From NCBI GenBank assembly GCA_965279375.1, contig OZ257156.1:992001-1056000 (forward strand): a stretch of 64,000 nt of DNA. Reading direction: 5' to 3'. A program made the position numbers and the translations under genes. This DNA comes from Gemmatimonas sp. Lineage in GTDB: Bacteria; Gemmatimonadota; Gemmatimonadetes; Gemmatimonadales; Gemmatimonadaceae. Of the stretch, positions 21,081 to 31,009 are shown one piece after another; the stretch's first letter is position 1, and every line of letters starts with the position of its first letter. A model generated the notes under the pieces. That model searched no databases and was not told where the DNA came from. It saw only the letters and a list, made by a program, of their open reading frames with translations.

Positions 21081-24000
21081 TTACTTCGAACCGCTTTCCT
21101 CAGGCACGAAGGTCGCTGCCGGGCGCTCCGGCGGCCCAGCCGGCTCGATCTTGGAGCGCGAGATCTCAGGCTGACCGGCCGCCTTGAGTGCCGCGTTGAT
21201 CTTCGGGAGATCGCGCGCGATGATGCGCTCGAGCTTCGTGATCTCGCCCGTGAGCTTGGGTGAGAGCACGTTGAACACATCGTACGCCTGCTTGGGCGGA
21301 CGGCGCTCACCGCTGGCGACGAAGCTGAGCAGACCACCCAGCTGATCGTTCAGACGAATCGGGAAGTTGAGCGGATCCTGTCCGCTCTGATTCTTCGTCT
21401 GGTAGAGCGAGTCTTCGACCACCTTGAGGCTGTCGGCAAACCGCTTCGCGAGCGGCCCGAACGACGCGACTGCCGTCATCTTGCCTTCACGATCAGTGAG
21501 ATCGCGCTTGAGATTGCGAATCTCGATGACGCCTTGGTTGGCCGTCGTGATGCGATCGCGCACCTGGAGCGCCATGCGCGTCTGCTCCACGAGATCGGCC
21601 TCCGTGGCCGGCGACCGCGGGTCGGGCTTGACGACGAAGTCGTACATCACCGGCGGATTCGCGCCCGCCGTCATCTTCACGCGATACGTACCCGGCGCCA
21701 TCGCCGGGCCGCCGCCGTTTCCTGCCCACGTGATCATGCCGCGGAACGTCTTGGCATTCTCGTGGCGCATGTTCCAGGTGTAGCGATTGATTCCTTTGCG
21801 ATTGCCCGGCTTGGCCGCAGGGGGCGGACCAAAGCGACCGCCTCCGGGTCCACCGGCCGCCGCCGTCGGCGTGCTATCCGTCGACGCAACCGTCGCCAGC
21901 AAGGCACCCGCCTTGTCATAGAACTGGAACGTCACCGGCATCGAGTCCGCCGGCAGGCGATACACGAACGTCGGCGATGCCTGGCCGTTGAGTCGCAACA
22001 CCGGCACCGGCTTGTACAGATACGCAGCCGACGCGGCCTTGGCCTGCTCCGGCGCCCAACGCAACGGCGTCAGATTCTCCATCACCCAGAACGCGCGGCC
22101 GTGCGTGGAAATCGCGAGGTCATCGTCGCGCAGCATCATGTCGCTGACCGGAACCGGCGGGAGATTCTTCTGCAGGCTCTCCCAGCTGCCGCCGTTGTCA
22201 TACGACAGCCATACGCCACGCTCCGTGGCCGCGTACACCATCCCCGGGCGGTGCAGGTCTTCACGAATGGCACGCGTGAACTGATCGGCAGGAATGCCGC
22301 TCGTGATCTTGGTCCACGTCGCACCGTAGTCAGTGGTGCGATAGAGATACGGCGTGAAGTCATCCATCTGATAGCGATTGCCGGCCACCCACGCCGTGCC
22401 CGGCGCATGCGGCGACGCTTCGATGACGCTCCAGCGCATCCACTCCGGCAGCCCCTTGGGCGTCACGTTCTTCCACGTCACACCGTTGTCGCGCGACACG
22501 TGCAGCAACCCGTCATCACTGCCGGTCCAGATCAACCCCTTCGTCAGCTTCGACTCGGCGATCGTGAACACCGTGCCGTAGTACTCGACCGACGTCTGGT
22601 CCTTGGTGATCGGTCCGCCTGATGCGCCAAGCGTGCGCGGATCGTTGCGCGTGAGATCGCGGGAAATCGGCGTCCACGTCGTGCCACCGTTGGTGCTGCG
22701 GAAGACGACGTTGGAGCCGACGTAGATCGTGTTGGCATCGTGCGGGGAGTGCACGATCGGATACGTCCACTGGAAGCGATAGAACGAATCCTTCGCGTCG
22801 TGTCCCATCGGGTTGAGCGGCCACGGATCGAGCGACAGCGACTTGCCCGTGCGACGGTTCAGCACATCGAGGCTGCCACCGTAGTTGGCGCCGTACATGA
22901 TGTCCGGATCGTTCGGGTTGCTGCTGATGTAGCCGGATTCGCCGCCTGCCACGCCGTAGAAGTTGGCGAACGGCGACGCCGGCGCAGCGGGCGCCGGCCC
23001 GCCGAATCCACCGCCACCACCGCGCCCAAACTGCGCGACTTCACGCACCGGTCCGCAGCTCGAGCCCGCGTCCTGCTTGGCGCCACAGACGTGGTACGGG
23101 AAATGGTTGGTGAGATGGACGTGGTAGTACTGCCCTGTCGGCGTGGCCACGCGCGTTGAGGTCGTGCCACCATCGGTCGTGATGATCACGCCGTTGTCGT
23201 GCGCCACCGCAATGCGCTTGGGATTGGTAGGGTCGATCCACATGTCGTGGTTGTCGCCGCCGCCAAAGCCGCGCCCGAACGTCTTGCCGCCATCCTTGGA
23301 GACCATCGGTCCAACCTGGGGGGCGTAGACGATGCTCGTGTCCTTCGGATCGGCGTAGAGCTTGGAGTAGTACCACGCGCGCTGTCGCAGATTGCGATCG
23401 CCGCTGGTGAACGTCCACGTCGCGCCTGCGTCATCGCTGCGATACACGCCGCCATTGGGCTCGTGCTCCACCAGCGCCCACAACCGGCTCGGCTTGGCCG
23501 GCGACACGGTGATGCCGATCGCGCCCAACGGTCCGCTCTGCGGCAGGCCAGGATTGCGCGAAATCTCGGTCCACGTGTCACCACCGTCGGTGGTCTTGAA
23601 GATGCCGCTCCCCATGCCGCCACTGACCAGCATCCACGGGGTGCGTCCCGCCTGCCAGAAGGTGACGTAGATGATCTTGGGATTGCTCGGGTCCATGATC
23701 ATGTCCGCGACGCCCGTGGAGTCGTTGCGGAACAGGATGTTCTTCCACGTCTTGCCGCCGTCGGTGGTGCGATAGACGCCGCGCTCCTTGTTGGGCCCGA
23801 ACACATGACCCAGCGCGCCCACGTACACGACATCCGGGTTGTCCGGATTGATGCGCACGCGCGAGATGTACTGCGTCTCCTTGAGTCCCATGTACTGCCA
23901 CGTCTTGCCGGCATCGGTGGACTTCCACACGCCATCGCCGTGCGAGACGTTGCCTCGAATCGGCGTTTCACCACCGCCCGCCCACACGACATCCGGGTTG

Positions 24001-24359
24001 GACTGCTGCACCGCGACCGCACCGATGGTGCCGCCGAAGTACGCATCAGTCACGGGTAACGTCGTCTTGCCACCATCGGTGGTCTTCCAGACACCGCCAC
24101 CCGTGGTACCCATGTAGTACTCGTCGGGGCGCGCCGTCGAACCAGCGACGGCGACCATGCGTCCCGCCTGATTGGGGCCGATGTTGCGCCACGACACACC
24201 GAACGACGTGTCGGCCGATGCGCGACCAGCGCCACCGCCGCCACGCTGCGCGGAGAGGAGCGTCGGCAGTCCGGCCATGGCAGCCAGCGCGACGCGCGTT
24301 GCGAAAGAAAAGCGATACACGGAGAGACCCAGCGAAGAGAGAGAACAGAGCGACACCAT
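21081..24359 (-). CDS. Secreted VPS10/sortilin-like BNR-repeat beta-propeller glycosyl hydrolase-like protein
   Basis: WRNIGP...GR and many S/TxDGGxTW (Asp-box) repeats, THGRAFW. Start may be 24320 or 24278. Confidence 0.9.
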   Translation of the reverse strand: MVSLCSLSSLGLSVYRFSFATRVALAAMAGLPTLLSAQRGGGGAGRASADTSFGVSWRNIGPNQAGRMVAVAGSTARPDEYYMGTTGGGVWKTTDGGKTTLPVTDAYFGGTIGAVAVQQSNPDVVWAGGGETPIRGNVSHGDGVWKSTDAGKTWQYMGLKETQYISRVRINPDNPDVVYVGALGHVFGPNKERGVYRTTDGGKTWKNILFRNDSTGVADMIMDPSNPKIIYVTFWQAGRTPWMLVSGGMGSGIFKTTDGGDTWTEISRNPGLPQSGPLGAIGITVSPAKPSRLWALVEHEPNGGVYRSDDAGATWTFTSGDRNLRQRAWYYSKLYADPKDTSIVYAPQVGPMVSKDGGKTFGRGFGGGDNHDMWIDPTNPKRIAVAHDNGVIITTDGGTTSTRVATPTGQYYHVHLTNHFPYHVCGAKQDAGSSCGPVREVAQFGRGGGGGFGGPAPAAPASPFANFYGVAGGESGYISSNPNDPDIMYGANYGGSLDVLNRRTGKSLSLDPWPLNPMGHDAKDSFYRFQWTYPIVHSPHDANTIYVGSNVVFRSTNGGTTWTPISRDLTRNDPRTLGASGGPITKDQTSVEYYGTVFTIAESKLTKGLIWTGSDDGLLHVSRDNGVTWKNVTPKGLPEWMRWSVIEASPHAPGTAWVAGNRYQMDDFTPYLYRTTDYGATWTKITSGIPADQFTRAIREDLHRPGMVYAATERGVWLSYDNGGSWESLQKNLPPVPVSDMMLRDDDLAISTHGRAFWVMENLTPLRWAPEQAKAASAAYLYKPVPVLRLNGQASPTFVYRLPADSMPVTFQFYDKAGALLATVASTDSTPTAAAGGPGGGRFGPPPAAKPGNRKGINRYTWNMRHENAKTFRGMITWAGNGGGPAMAPGTYRVKMTAGANPPVMYDFVVKPDPRSPATEADLVEQTRMALQVRDRITTANQGVIEIRNLKRDLTDREGKMTAVASFGPLAKRFADSLKVVEDSLYQTKNQSGQDPLNFPIRLNDQLGGLLSFVASGERRPPKQAYDVFNVLSPKLTGEITKLERIIARDLPKINAALKAAGQPEISRSKIEPAGPPERPAATFVPEESGSK

Positions 24360-24392
24360 TGCTCAATCTTACGCGCCGCTCCGCTCGATCGC

Positions 24393-24857
24393 TCAGGCGT
24401 ACGGCATGGGCGGCACGCGACCCAACAGCCGCGCGTACACTGCCAGCGAGCCCCGGTGATGCGCCGTGTGATCGGTGATCCCGTTGATCACCGCCGCGCG
24501 CGGCGCACCATCCATGATCGTGTCGTTGGGGATGGGCTCCTGCAGCGTCTCGGGCGTCGCCCACATCACGGTAGCCACGGCGTTGTCGAACGCACGGCCC
24601 AGCATCTCTCGCGCTTCCGACAACGACGTGACCGACTTGGCCCGCGCGACGTGGACGTCGTAGTTGTGATCCCACCCGGCGCCAAAACCACCCGCCATGA
24701 ACCAGTCGACGCTCTGCGCGGTGTGCACGACCTGCCCGGCCACTGTGTACATGTCAGGGTGCGGCGCAAAGGCGGAATCGCCCTCCTCGAAGATCGACAG
24801 CGTGGTCAGAAAGAACTTGCGGGCCGACTCGAGTTCGGAAACGAGCGCGTTGGACAT
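24393..24857 (-). CDS. DinB family protein
   Basis: TVAGQVVH...DHTAHHRGSLAVYARLLG. Start ATG 24857. Confidence 0.9.
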   Translation of the reverse strand: MSNALVSELESARKFFLTTLSIFEEGDSAFAPHPDMYTVAGQVVHTAQSVDWFMAGGFGAGWDHNYDVHVARAKSVTSLSEAREMLGRAFDNAVATVMWATPETLQEPIPNDTIMDGAPRAAVINGITDHTAHHRGSLAVYARLLGRVPPMPYA

Positions 24858-25009
24858 TGGCGAACACTCCAGGCGTGAGGGCGAAAACTCCAAACCGCCG
24901 AGCTTGATTCGGCGTTTATTCGGGCATGGGTCTGAACAATCTCACGGCCGGTCCGCGCTGTCAAGACAGCCTCCCGCGGCTCACCCTGCGCACGCTCTAG
25001 TTTCCCCGC

Positions 25010-26308
25010 ATGGACAATGTCACTCACGCGCTCGCCGGCTCCCTGCTGGCGGCGAGCACGGTCGCGCTCATCGGCGGACGCAGTTCCGCGCCGAGCGCGC
25101 CCACCCCTACATCGCTCCGCACGGTCGCACTGACGATCGGCATCGTCACCGCCGAACTCCCCGACGCCGACCTGCTCTACGCCGGACCCCTCCTTGGCAT
25201 GGGGAAGCTCGGCTATCTGCTTCATCATCGCGGACACACGCACACCGTGCTCTTCGCGCTCGGGAGCGCTCTGCTGGTGTGGGGGCTATTGCTGGTAGTC
25301 CGGCGAGAATGGCGAGGCGCGCCTGCCCGATGGGCGATGCTCGGTCTCGCGATCGCAGGCACGCTGTCGCACCTGTTGCTCGACTTCTCCAACAGCTACG
25401 GCGTGCATCCCTTCTGGCCACTCGACAATCGCTGGTACTACGGCGACGCGGTGTTCATCATCGAGCCGTGGCTGTTCGTCATCGCCGTGCCTCCGCTCTT
25501 GCTCCTCGCGCGCGGCACCTTCGCACGCGTGATGCTGGCTGGGCTGCTGCTCGCCATTCTCGGACTGGCGTGGTTCGCCAATCTGTTGCCGCACACCATT
25601 GCCCTCGCACTGACGCTGACCGCCGTGCTCTGGTTCGTCACGCTGCGCCGCGCGCCAAGCGCGCGCCTGGGCATCTTCGGGGTGATCGCGTGGCTCGGCT
25701 TCGAGGGCACGTCGTTCGCGGCATCGGCCGCTGCGCGCGGGCATGTGCGCGACGCCATCGGATCGACGTATCGCGACGTCGCGCTCACGCCGGCTCCGGC
25801 CAATCCGTTCTGTTTCACCGCATTGGTCGTGACGCTCGACCAGGACACGTATCGCGTCATTGACGCCGATGCGGCGGCATTCCCCGCAATTCGCACCGTC
25901 GGCCAATGTCGTGCGGATCGCCGAGAGTTGCGCGACGCACCACCTCGCACGAGCCAGGCATTCGTCGCAATACCAACGCCATCGTTCGTGGGACACGGAC
26001 TGTGGAGCGCCCCCATCGATTCGCTGCGCGTGCTCGCGTCGCGCAATTGCGAGGTTGCCGCTGCGTTGCGCTTCCTGCGCGTGCCCGAGTGGACCGTCGA
26101 TCCTGCCGGCACCATCGTCATCGCGGATGCGCGGTTCGGTGGACCGGGCGGCGGCTTTGCGAGCGTCGAGGTGCGATCCCCATCCCCTGCGTGTCCTCGC
26201 TACGTTCCCACTTGGGTACCGCCACGACTGGACCTGCTCGGCGATCAGGGAACGCGGGTCTCCAGCGCGATGCGTCAGACGACGGTGACTCAGGTGGACG
26301 CGCCATGA
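25010..26308 (+). CDS. Membrane-bound metal-dependent hydrolase (YbcI/YdjM family)
   Basis: MDNVTH, LPDAD, HHRGHTHT, SHLLLD...YGV. Multiple TM helices. Confidence 0.9.
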   Translation: MDNVTHALAGSLLAASTVALIGGRSSAPSAPTPTSLRTVALTIGIVTAELPDADLLYAGPLLGMGKLGYLLHHRGHTHTVLFALGSALLVWGLLLVVRREWRGAPARWAMLGLAIAGTLSHLLLDFSNSYGVHPFWPLDNRWYYGDAVFIIEPWLFVIAVPPLLLLARGTFARVMLAGLLLAILGLAWFANLLPHTIALALTLTAVLWFVTLRRAPSARLGIFGVIAWLGFEGTSFAASAAARGHVRDAIGSTYRDVALTPAPANPFCFTALVVTLDQDTYRVIDADAAAFPAIRTVGQCRADRRELRDAPPRTSQAFVAIPTPSFVGHGLWSAPIDSLRVLASRNCEVAAALRFLRVPEWTVDPAGTIVIADARFGGPGGGFASVEVRSPSPACPRYVPTWVPPRLDLLGDQGTRVSSAMRQTTVTQVDAP

Positions 26309-26354
26309 TCTCCGGAGACCCCATGATCGTTCATGCGCCTAACCGGCCGTCTCG

Positions 26355-26828
26355 ATGAAACTCTGGCTCGATGCCGACTCCGCACCGCGCGACGTGAAGG
26401 AGATCTGCTACAAAGCCTCCGATCGTCTGAAGCTCGAGACGGTGCTGGTGGCGAATTCTCGACTGCAGCTGCCAGCAGGCTACACGTATCTGTCAGCCGT
26501 GCGCGTGGACGGCGGCCCCGATGTCGCCGACGGCTACATCGTCGAGCATGCAGAAGCGGGGGACGTGACCGTCACGCATGACATCCCGCTCGCTGCGCTG
26601 TTGGTACCCAAGGGCGTCACGGTCATCGATCCGCGTGGCGAAGAGTACACGGCGGAGCAGATCGGCGAACGACTCTCGGTGCGCAATTTCATGGAGGGAT
26701 TGCGCAGCAGCGGCGTCGAGACCGGCGGCCACGCCACCTACAGCGCGCGCGACAAGCAAGCGTTTGCCAACGCCCTCGACCGCATCCTCACCCGCGCGAT
26801 GGCGCGCGCCGCGAAAGCCATTACATGA
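26355..26828 (+). CDS. YaiI/YqxD family protein (DUF188)
   Basis: [33 protein letters not shown]. Confidence 0.92.
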   Translation: MKLWLDADSAPRDVKEICYKASDRLKLETVLVANSRLQLPAGYTYLSAVRVDGGPDVADGYIVEHAEAGDVTVTHDIPLAALLVPKGVTVIDPRGEEYTAEQIGERLSVRNFMEGLRSSGVETGGHATYSARDKQAFANALDRILTRAMARAAKAIT

Positions 26829-27127
26829 CCGACCAACACACGCCTGCCGGCGCGCCAGTCGACGGCGAACCCGCCACGCCGCCTGCGCGTCCGACCAATG
26901 CGAAGGTCGATCCACTCCACGGCGTTACGCTCAAGGCGATGATCGAGCATCTCGTGGAGCGCTACACCTGGCCAGGGCTCGGCGAACGCATCGAGATCCG
27001 CTGTTTCACCCACGATCCCAGCGTGAACTCCTCGCTCAAGTTTCTGCGTAAAACGCCGTGGGCGCGGGCCAAGGTGGAGTCGCTGTACCTGCACTCCGCG
27101 GCGCATCCGCGAAAGACGAAGGGCTGA
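26825..27127 (+). CDS. VF530-family DNA-binding protein (DUF2132)
   Basis: DPLHGVTL...[34 protein letters not shown] overlap with the upstream gene. Confidence 0.92.
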   Translation: MTDQHTPAGAPVDGEPATPPARPTNAKVDPLHGVTLKAMIEHLVERYTWPGLGERIEIRCFTHDPSVNSSLKFLRKTPWARAKVESLYLHSAAHPRKTKG

Positions 27128-27164
27128 GCTGCATCCAAGGCGCGCGGCAACGCGAATTCCTGAC

Positions 27165-28916
27165 ATGACTCCCTCCGCGCAGCATCGCCTCTCTCCCACG
27201 CGATCGACTCGACCTACCCGGCAGCGCTCAACAGTTCGGTCCACACTTGTGGCCGTTGCGCTCATCGCTGCGTCTGCGACTCTCGCGCTCGCGCAAGACG
27301 CACCACTCGTTCGCCGGCTGGACTCGCTGTTTGCGTCCGTCCAGTCCGACACGACGCCTGGTTGCGCCGTTGGCGTGTCGCGTGGGAGCGGTGCAACGCT
27401 CTTTCGCAGCTACGGCCTGGCGAATCTCGAGCAGCCCGTTCCGATCGACAGCGCGACGGTCTTCGAAGCGGGCTCCGTCTCCAAGCAGATCACCGCCGCA
27501 GCTGTCCTCCTGCTCGCGCACGAACGTCGTCTCTCGCTCGATGATCCAGCGCGCAAGTGGCTCCCCGAGCTTTCGGCGTCACTTCCAGCGTTCACGATCG
27601 GCGATCTGCTGCATCATGTCGCCGGCCTGCGTGACTACGGCGATCTGATGGAGCTCACCGGTTGGCCGCGCGGATCTCGTCTCTACGACAACAACGACGT
27701 GCTGCGCCTGATGGCGCAGCAACGCGCGCTGAATTTTGCACCGCGCGCTGAGTATCTGTACTCCAATTCCGGATATGCGTTGGCCGCCGTGGTGGTGGCT
27801 CGCGCGTCGGGGATAACGTTCGGTGAATACACGCGTCGTGCCATCTTCGCGCCTCTGGGAATGGTGCACACGTCATGGCGCGATGACTTCACGCGCATCG
27901 TGCCGCATCGCGCACAGGGGTACACGCCAAACGACAGCGGCCGCTGGATGCTCGACATGCCGCTCGAGAACACCGTCGGACATGCGGGGTTGCTGACGAC
28001 AGCCGCCGATCTGATGCGCTGGCAGCGACGCTTCACGGCGGGCGCCGACACGACGGTGGGCGGCGAACGCTTTGTGCGCGAGATGCAGTCGCCGATCACG
28101 CTGACGACTGGCCGAGTGTCTGGCTACGCGCTGGGACTCGAACTCGATATGATGGCGGGCGAACGCATCATCTCTCATGGCGGCTGGACCGCGGGCTACA
28201 AGGCGTACGTGGGACGGATGCCATCACGCGACGTGGCGGTCTCGTTGCTGTGCAACGCCGGCTCACTCAATACCGAGGAAGTTGGCGCCGTGCTGCTGGC
28301 CATCGCTGCTGAGGTGCCCGTCCCTGACTACTACGCCGAACCGCAGCTTGGTGCGGCCGCTGATACGCTCGACCGCAAATCGCTCGCGCGTCTTGCGGGC
28401 ATGTATCGCAGTACGCGCACTCGGCAGACGGTGCGCGTGCGGAGCTACGCGAACGGCATCACGGTCAACAGCTGGACCGGGTATCGCCGAACATCGGACA
28501 GCACCTTCGTCAGTCTGGACGGTGCGCGTGCCATCGAGTTCCTGCCCGATGTGCGTGGAGGAGCGACGAGCTATCGCATTCGTCAGGCCAGCGACGCCGT
28601 GCTGTACACGCGCGTCGATGCGTGGACACCGACCGCGACTGCTCTGCGCGCACTCGCAGGACGCTATCGTTGCGCGGAGGCTGACGCGACAATCGAGCTC
28701 ATCGGCGATGGCAGTGGTCTCGCGCTGCAACGCCGGGAACGCTTGCGATCACCGTTGGTGGCGCGATATCGCGATGCGTTCGATGTCCAAGGACTTGGCT
28801 GGCTGCTCACGGTACGACGCGATGCGCGTGGTCGCGCGATCGGCGTCGACCTGGGCGGCACGCGGTCTCGTACGGTTCCGTGCGAGCGTGTGGAAATGCG
28901 CGGTCGCGCGTTGTAA
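27165..28916 (+). CDS. Serine hydrolase (beta-lactamase/D-aminopeptidase-like) with C-terminal extension
   Basis: SVSK (SxxK), YSN, HGG. Signal peptide. Confidence 0.9.
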   Translation: MTPSAQHRLSPTRSTRPTRQRSTVRSTLVAVALIAASATLALAQDAPLVRRLDSLFASVQSDTTPGCAVGVSRGSGATLFRSYGLANLEQPVPIDSATVFEAGSVSKQITAAAVLLLAHERRLSLDDPARKWLPELSASLPAFTIGDLLHHVAGLRDYGDLMELTGWPRGSRLYDNNDVLRLMAQQRALNFAPRAEYLYSNSGYALAAVVVARASGITFGEYTRRAIFAPLGMVHTSWRDDFTRIVPHRAQGYTPNDSGRWMLDMPLENTVGHAGLLTTAADLMRWQRRFTAGADTTVGGERFVREMQSPITLTTGRVSGYALGLELDMMAGERIISHGGWTAGYKAYVGRMPSRDVAVSLLCNAGSLNTEEVGAVLLAIAAEVPVPDYYAEPQLGAAADTLDRKSLARLAGMYRSTRTRQTVRVRSYANGITVNSWTGYRRTSDSTFVSLDGARAIEFLPDVRGGATSYRIRQASDAVLYTRVDAWTPTATALRALAGRYRCAEADATIELIGDGSGLALQRRERLRSPLVARYRDAFDVQGLGWLLTVRRDARGRAIGVDLGGTRSRTVPCERVEMRGRAL

Positions 28917-28964
28917 CGCGAAAATCATTTCGCGAGATAGACGCGGCGACGCTCGCGTCCGCGG

Positions 28965-30182
28965 CTACTCGGCTTTCGCCGCGCCGCACGATTGTCGCAC
29001 GATCAGCTCGCAGCGCAGGCGCGTCTGACGCGGTGGCAGATCTGGCTGCGCGATGCGCGAGAGCATGACGGAAAGCGCCACTTCACCGAGCTGAATCGTC
29101 GGCTGACGGAACGTGGTCAGCGGCACGGGAAGCAACGACGCGTACTCCACGTCGTCGATGCCGACGATGCGAATCTCTTCGGGCACTTTCACACCGAGCT
29201 TGAGCAGCGTGTGCATGAGGCGCCCCGCCGTACGGTCATTCGCGCAGACGATCGCATCCGGCGCACGCTCCCGCAGCATCGTACGCACGGCCACTGCGTC
29301 GGCGGGATCGAGATGTGCGCTCTCCACCTGTTCGAAGGGGATGTGTCGCGCGTACATCGCTTCGCGATAGCCCGCTTCACGCGCATCCACCGTCGGCGCG
29401 CTGTTGGGTTGTCGCACGAAGACCACGCGCGATGCGCCCAGCGTGAGGAGATGGTGTGTCATCACGAAGCCGGCGCCGCGATTGTCGATGCCGACGCGGT
29501 CGTGGTGCCCCGGATCCGGATACGGCTCGATCGGTCGGTCGAGCAGCACGACCGGAATCTGCGCGTCATCGAGCGCCTGTACGATGCGCTGATTGACGTC
29601 GTCGGGCTCGGGCGAAAGCTCAACCGGCGCGAAGAAGACGCCGTCCACGCGTCGCTCGATGTACTGCCGACAGAGGTGCCACGCGCGTTCGCTGCGTCGC
29701 GCCAGTTCCGCGGCGGGATCGACGGGTGCGTTACGCGCAGCCAGGCGCGATGACGCACTGCCGGCGACACGTGTGCTATCGCCAGAGGTGGCACTGCCCC
29801 ACAGCAACGCGTGTTCACGCGCCAACGGGGACGTCATCATGCCACGACAGATCGTCTCGAAAATGTCCGTCTCGCCCAGGTCGGCGATGAGCAGCCCGAA
29901 CGACAACCCAGTCGTTTCCTTCGCGCGACTGACGAAGCTGCCCGATCCCGCACGGCGGCTGATGACACCGGCCGACTGCAGATCGCGCAGCGCGCGACCG
30001 ACCGTGATGCGGGAATGCCCGAACCGTTCGACCAGTTGTGCTTCGCTCGGCAGTCGATCGCCCTGCTTCCACCGCCCGTCCTGAATTTCACGGAGCAGTG
30101 CGGCAAAGACTTCGTGATGCTTGCTGGCAGGAGGACGCGAGGGAAACACGGAGTCAGCCGTTCGGGTGGAAGGAGTGCTCAC
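28965..30182 (-). CDS. GntR wHTH + LacI-type sugar-binding domain regulator (AraR-like architecture)
   Basis: GDRLPSEAQL...SRITVGRAL...GSGSFV, then VGIDN, CANDRTA, IVGIDD, PLTT, LIVRQS. Confidence 0.93.
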   Translation of the reverse strand: MSTPSTRTADSVFPSRPPASKHHEVFAALLREIQDGRWKQGDRLPSEAQLVERFGHSRITVGRALRDLQSAGVISRRAGSGSFVSRAKETTGLSFGLLIADLGETDIFETICRGMMTSPLAREHALLWGSATSGDSTRVAGSASSRLAARNAPVDPAAELARRSERAWHLCRQYIERRVDGVFFAPVELSPEPDDVNQRIVQALDDAQIPVVLLDRPIEPYPDPGHHDRVGIDNRGAGFVMTHHLLTLGASRVVFVRQPNSAPTVDAREAGYREAMYARHIPFEQVESAHLDPADAVAVRTMLRERAPDAIVCANDRTAGRLMHTLLKLGVKVPEEIRIVGIDDVEYASLLPVPLTTFRQPTIQLGEVALSVMLSRIAQPDLPPRQTRLRCELIVRQSCGAAKAE

Positions 30183-30252
30183 AAACTAGCGCCTCCTCCC
30201 CCCGAACTTCGATGTGCGACTCGCGGTGCGAACGAATGTGCGCGCGCTCCGC

Positions 30253-30684
30253 TCAGCGGCGCGCGACGACGCGATCCGTACGCGGACGCATCCCGCGAAG
30301 CACGCCTTCGGTGCGGCCAAGCGTCCAGCGGCCATTGATCATCGGATTGGAGCCACCGTCGTTCTGGTCTTCGAAGACGAGCGTGAGCACGCCGTCGCCC
30401 GTTTCGCCCTGCAGTACGAGATCGGACTCGATGACGGTGACCGTCAGCGGAATGGAGCTGCGATTGTCGTTCAGTTCGGCGCGGGCGATGATCGTGCCGG
30501 CGGAGTCGGTCACCGTGACGAGACGCGGGAAGGCGGGCGTCGGCGGTGTCTTGCGGAAATCGTAGGTAGCGACGACGCGGACGGGCTTCTCCGAAGTCGT
30601 CGAGGCCTGCTGCGCGGCCAGCGGGGCGGCTGAGAGCACGAGGGCGGCGGCGGCGAGGCTGGAGACGAGCGAGACGTTGCGCAT
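30253..30684 (-). CDS. Small secreted hypothetical protein (beta-rich)
   Basis: AGGAG RBS, signal peptide ending LAA|QQ, alternating beta-strand pattern. Confidence 0.75.
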   Translation of the reverse strand: MRNVSLVSSLAAAALVLSAAPLAAQQASTTSEKPVRVVATYDFRKTPPTPAFPRLVTVTDSAGTIIARAELNDNRSSIPLTVTVIESDLVLQGETGDGVLTLVFEDQNDGGSNPMINGRWTLGRTEGVLRGMRPRTDRVVARR

Positions 30685-30715
30685 GATGAGGCTCCTATCG
30701 AAAGAGGTACAGCTA

Positions 30716-30851
30716 GTTGTTATAGCAGCATGACAGCAGCTTCGCTATCACTTGCTATAGTTAGACGACCTCTCGGCCCTGAAGCAACTCGCTTTGCGGC
30801 ATATTCCGTCGATATTTGCCCGTTTTTCGAAGGTTCTTGTTATAGCAAGTG
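30716..30851. promoter_or_regulatory. Three copies of a near-palindromic candidate operator, CTTGnTATAnCAAG
   Basis: GTTGTTATAGCAGC 30716-30729, CTTGCTATAGTTAG 30751-30764, CTTGTTATAGCAAG 30836-30849. CACTTGCTATA (30749-30759) and TATAGCAAGTG (30841-30851) are exact inverted copies. Confidence 0.7.
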
Positions 30852-31009
30852 GTTTCGGCGCCCGCCGACGCGCGCACTACTCCGCGATTTCCGGCCTGCG
30901 CCATCGTGGGCCGAGGGCGCCCGAATGCGTATGTTCGGGCATGTCGAGTCTCCCACCCACGCCCCCGTCACGAACGGCCTCGCGCCCGATGCGCACAGCC
31001 CAACTGCCA

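Noticed and set aside
22200..24100. Recurring CCACGTCTTGCCGCCG-like sequences, also near 63740 and 63900
   Set aside because: They encode BNR/Asp-box repeats (xDGGKTW) inside proteins. Spacing is irregular and there are no cas genes, so not a CRISPR array.
27165..28916. Beta-lactam resistance gene
   Set aside because: The SxxK/YxN/HGG pattern with a long C-terminal extension fits generic serine hydrolases or peptidases, not a class C beta-lactamase (KTG).
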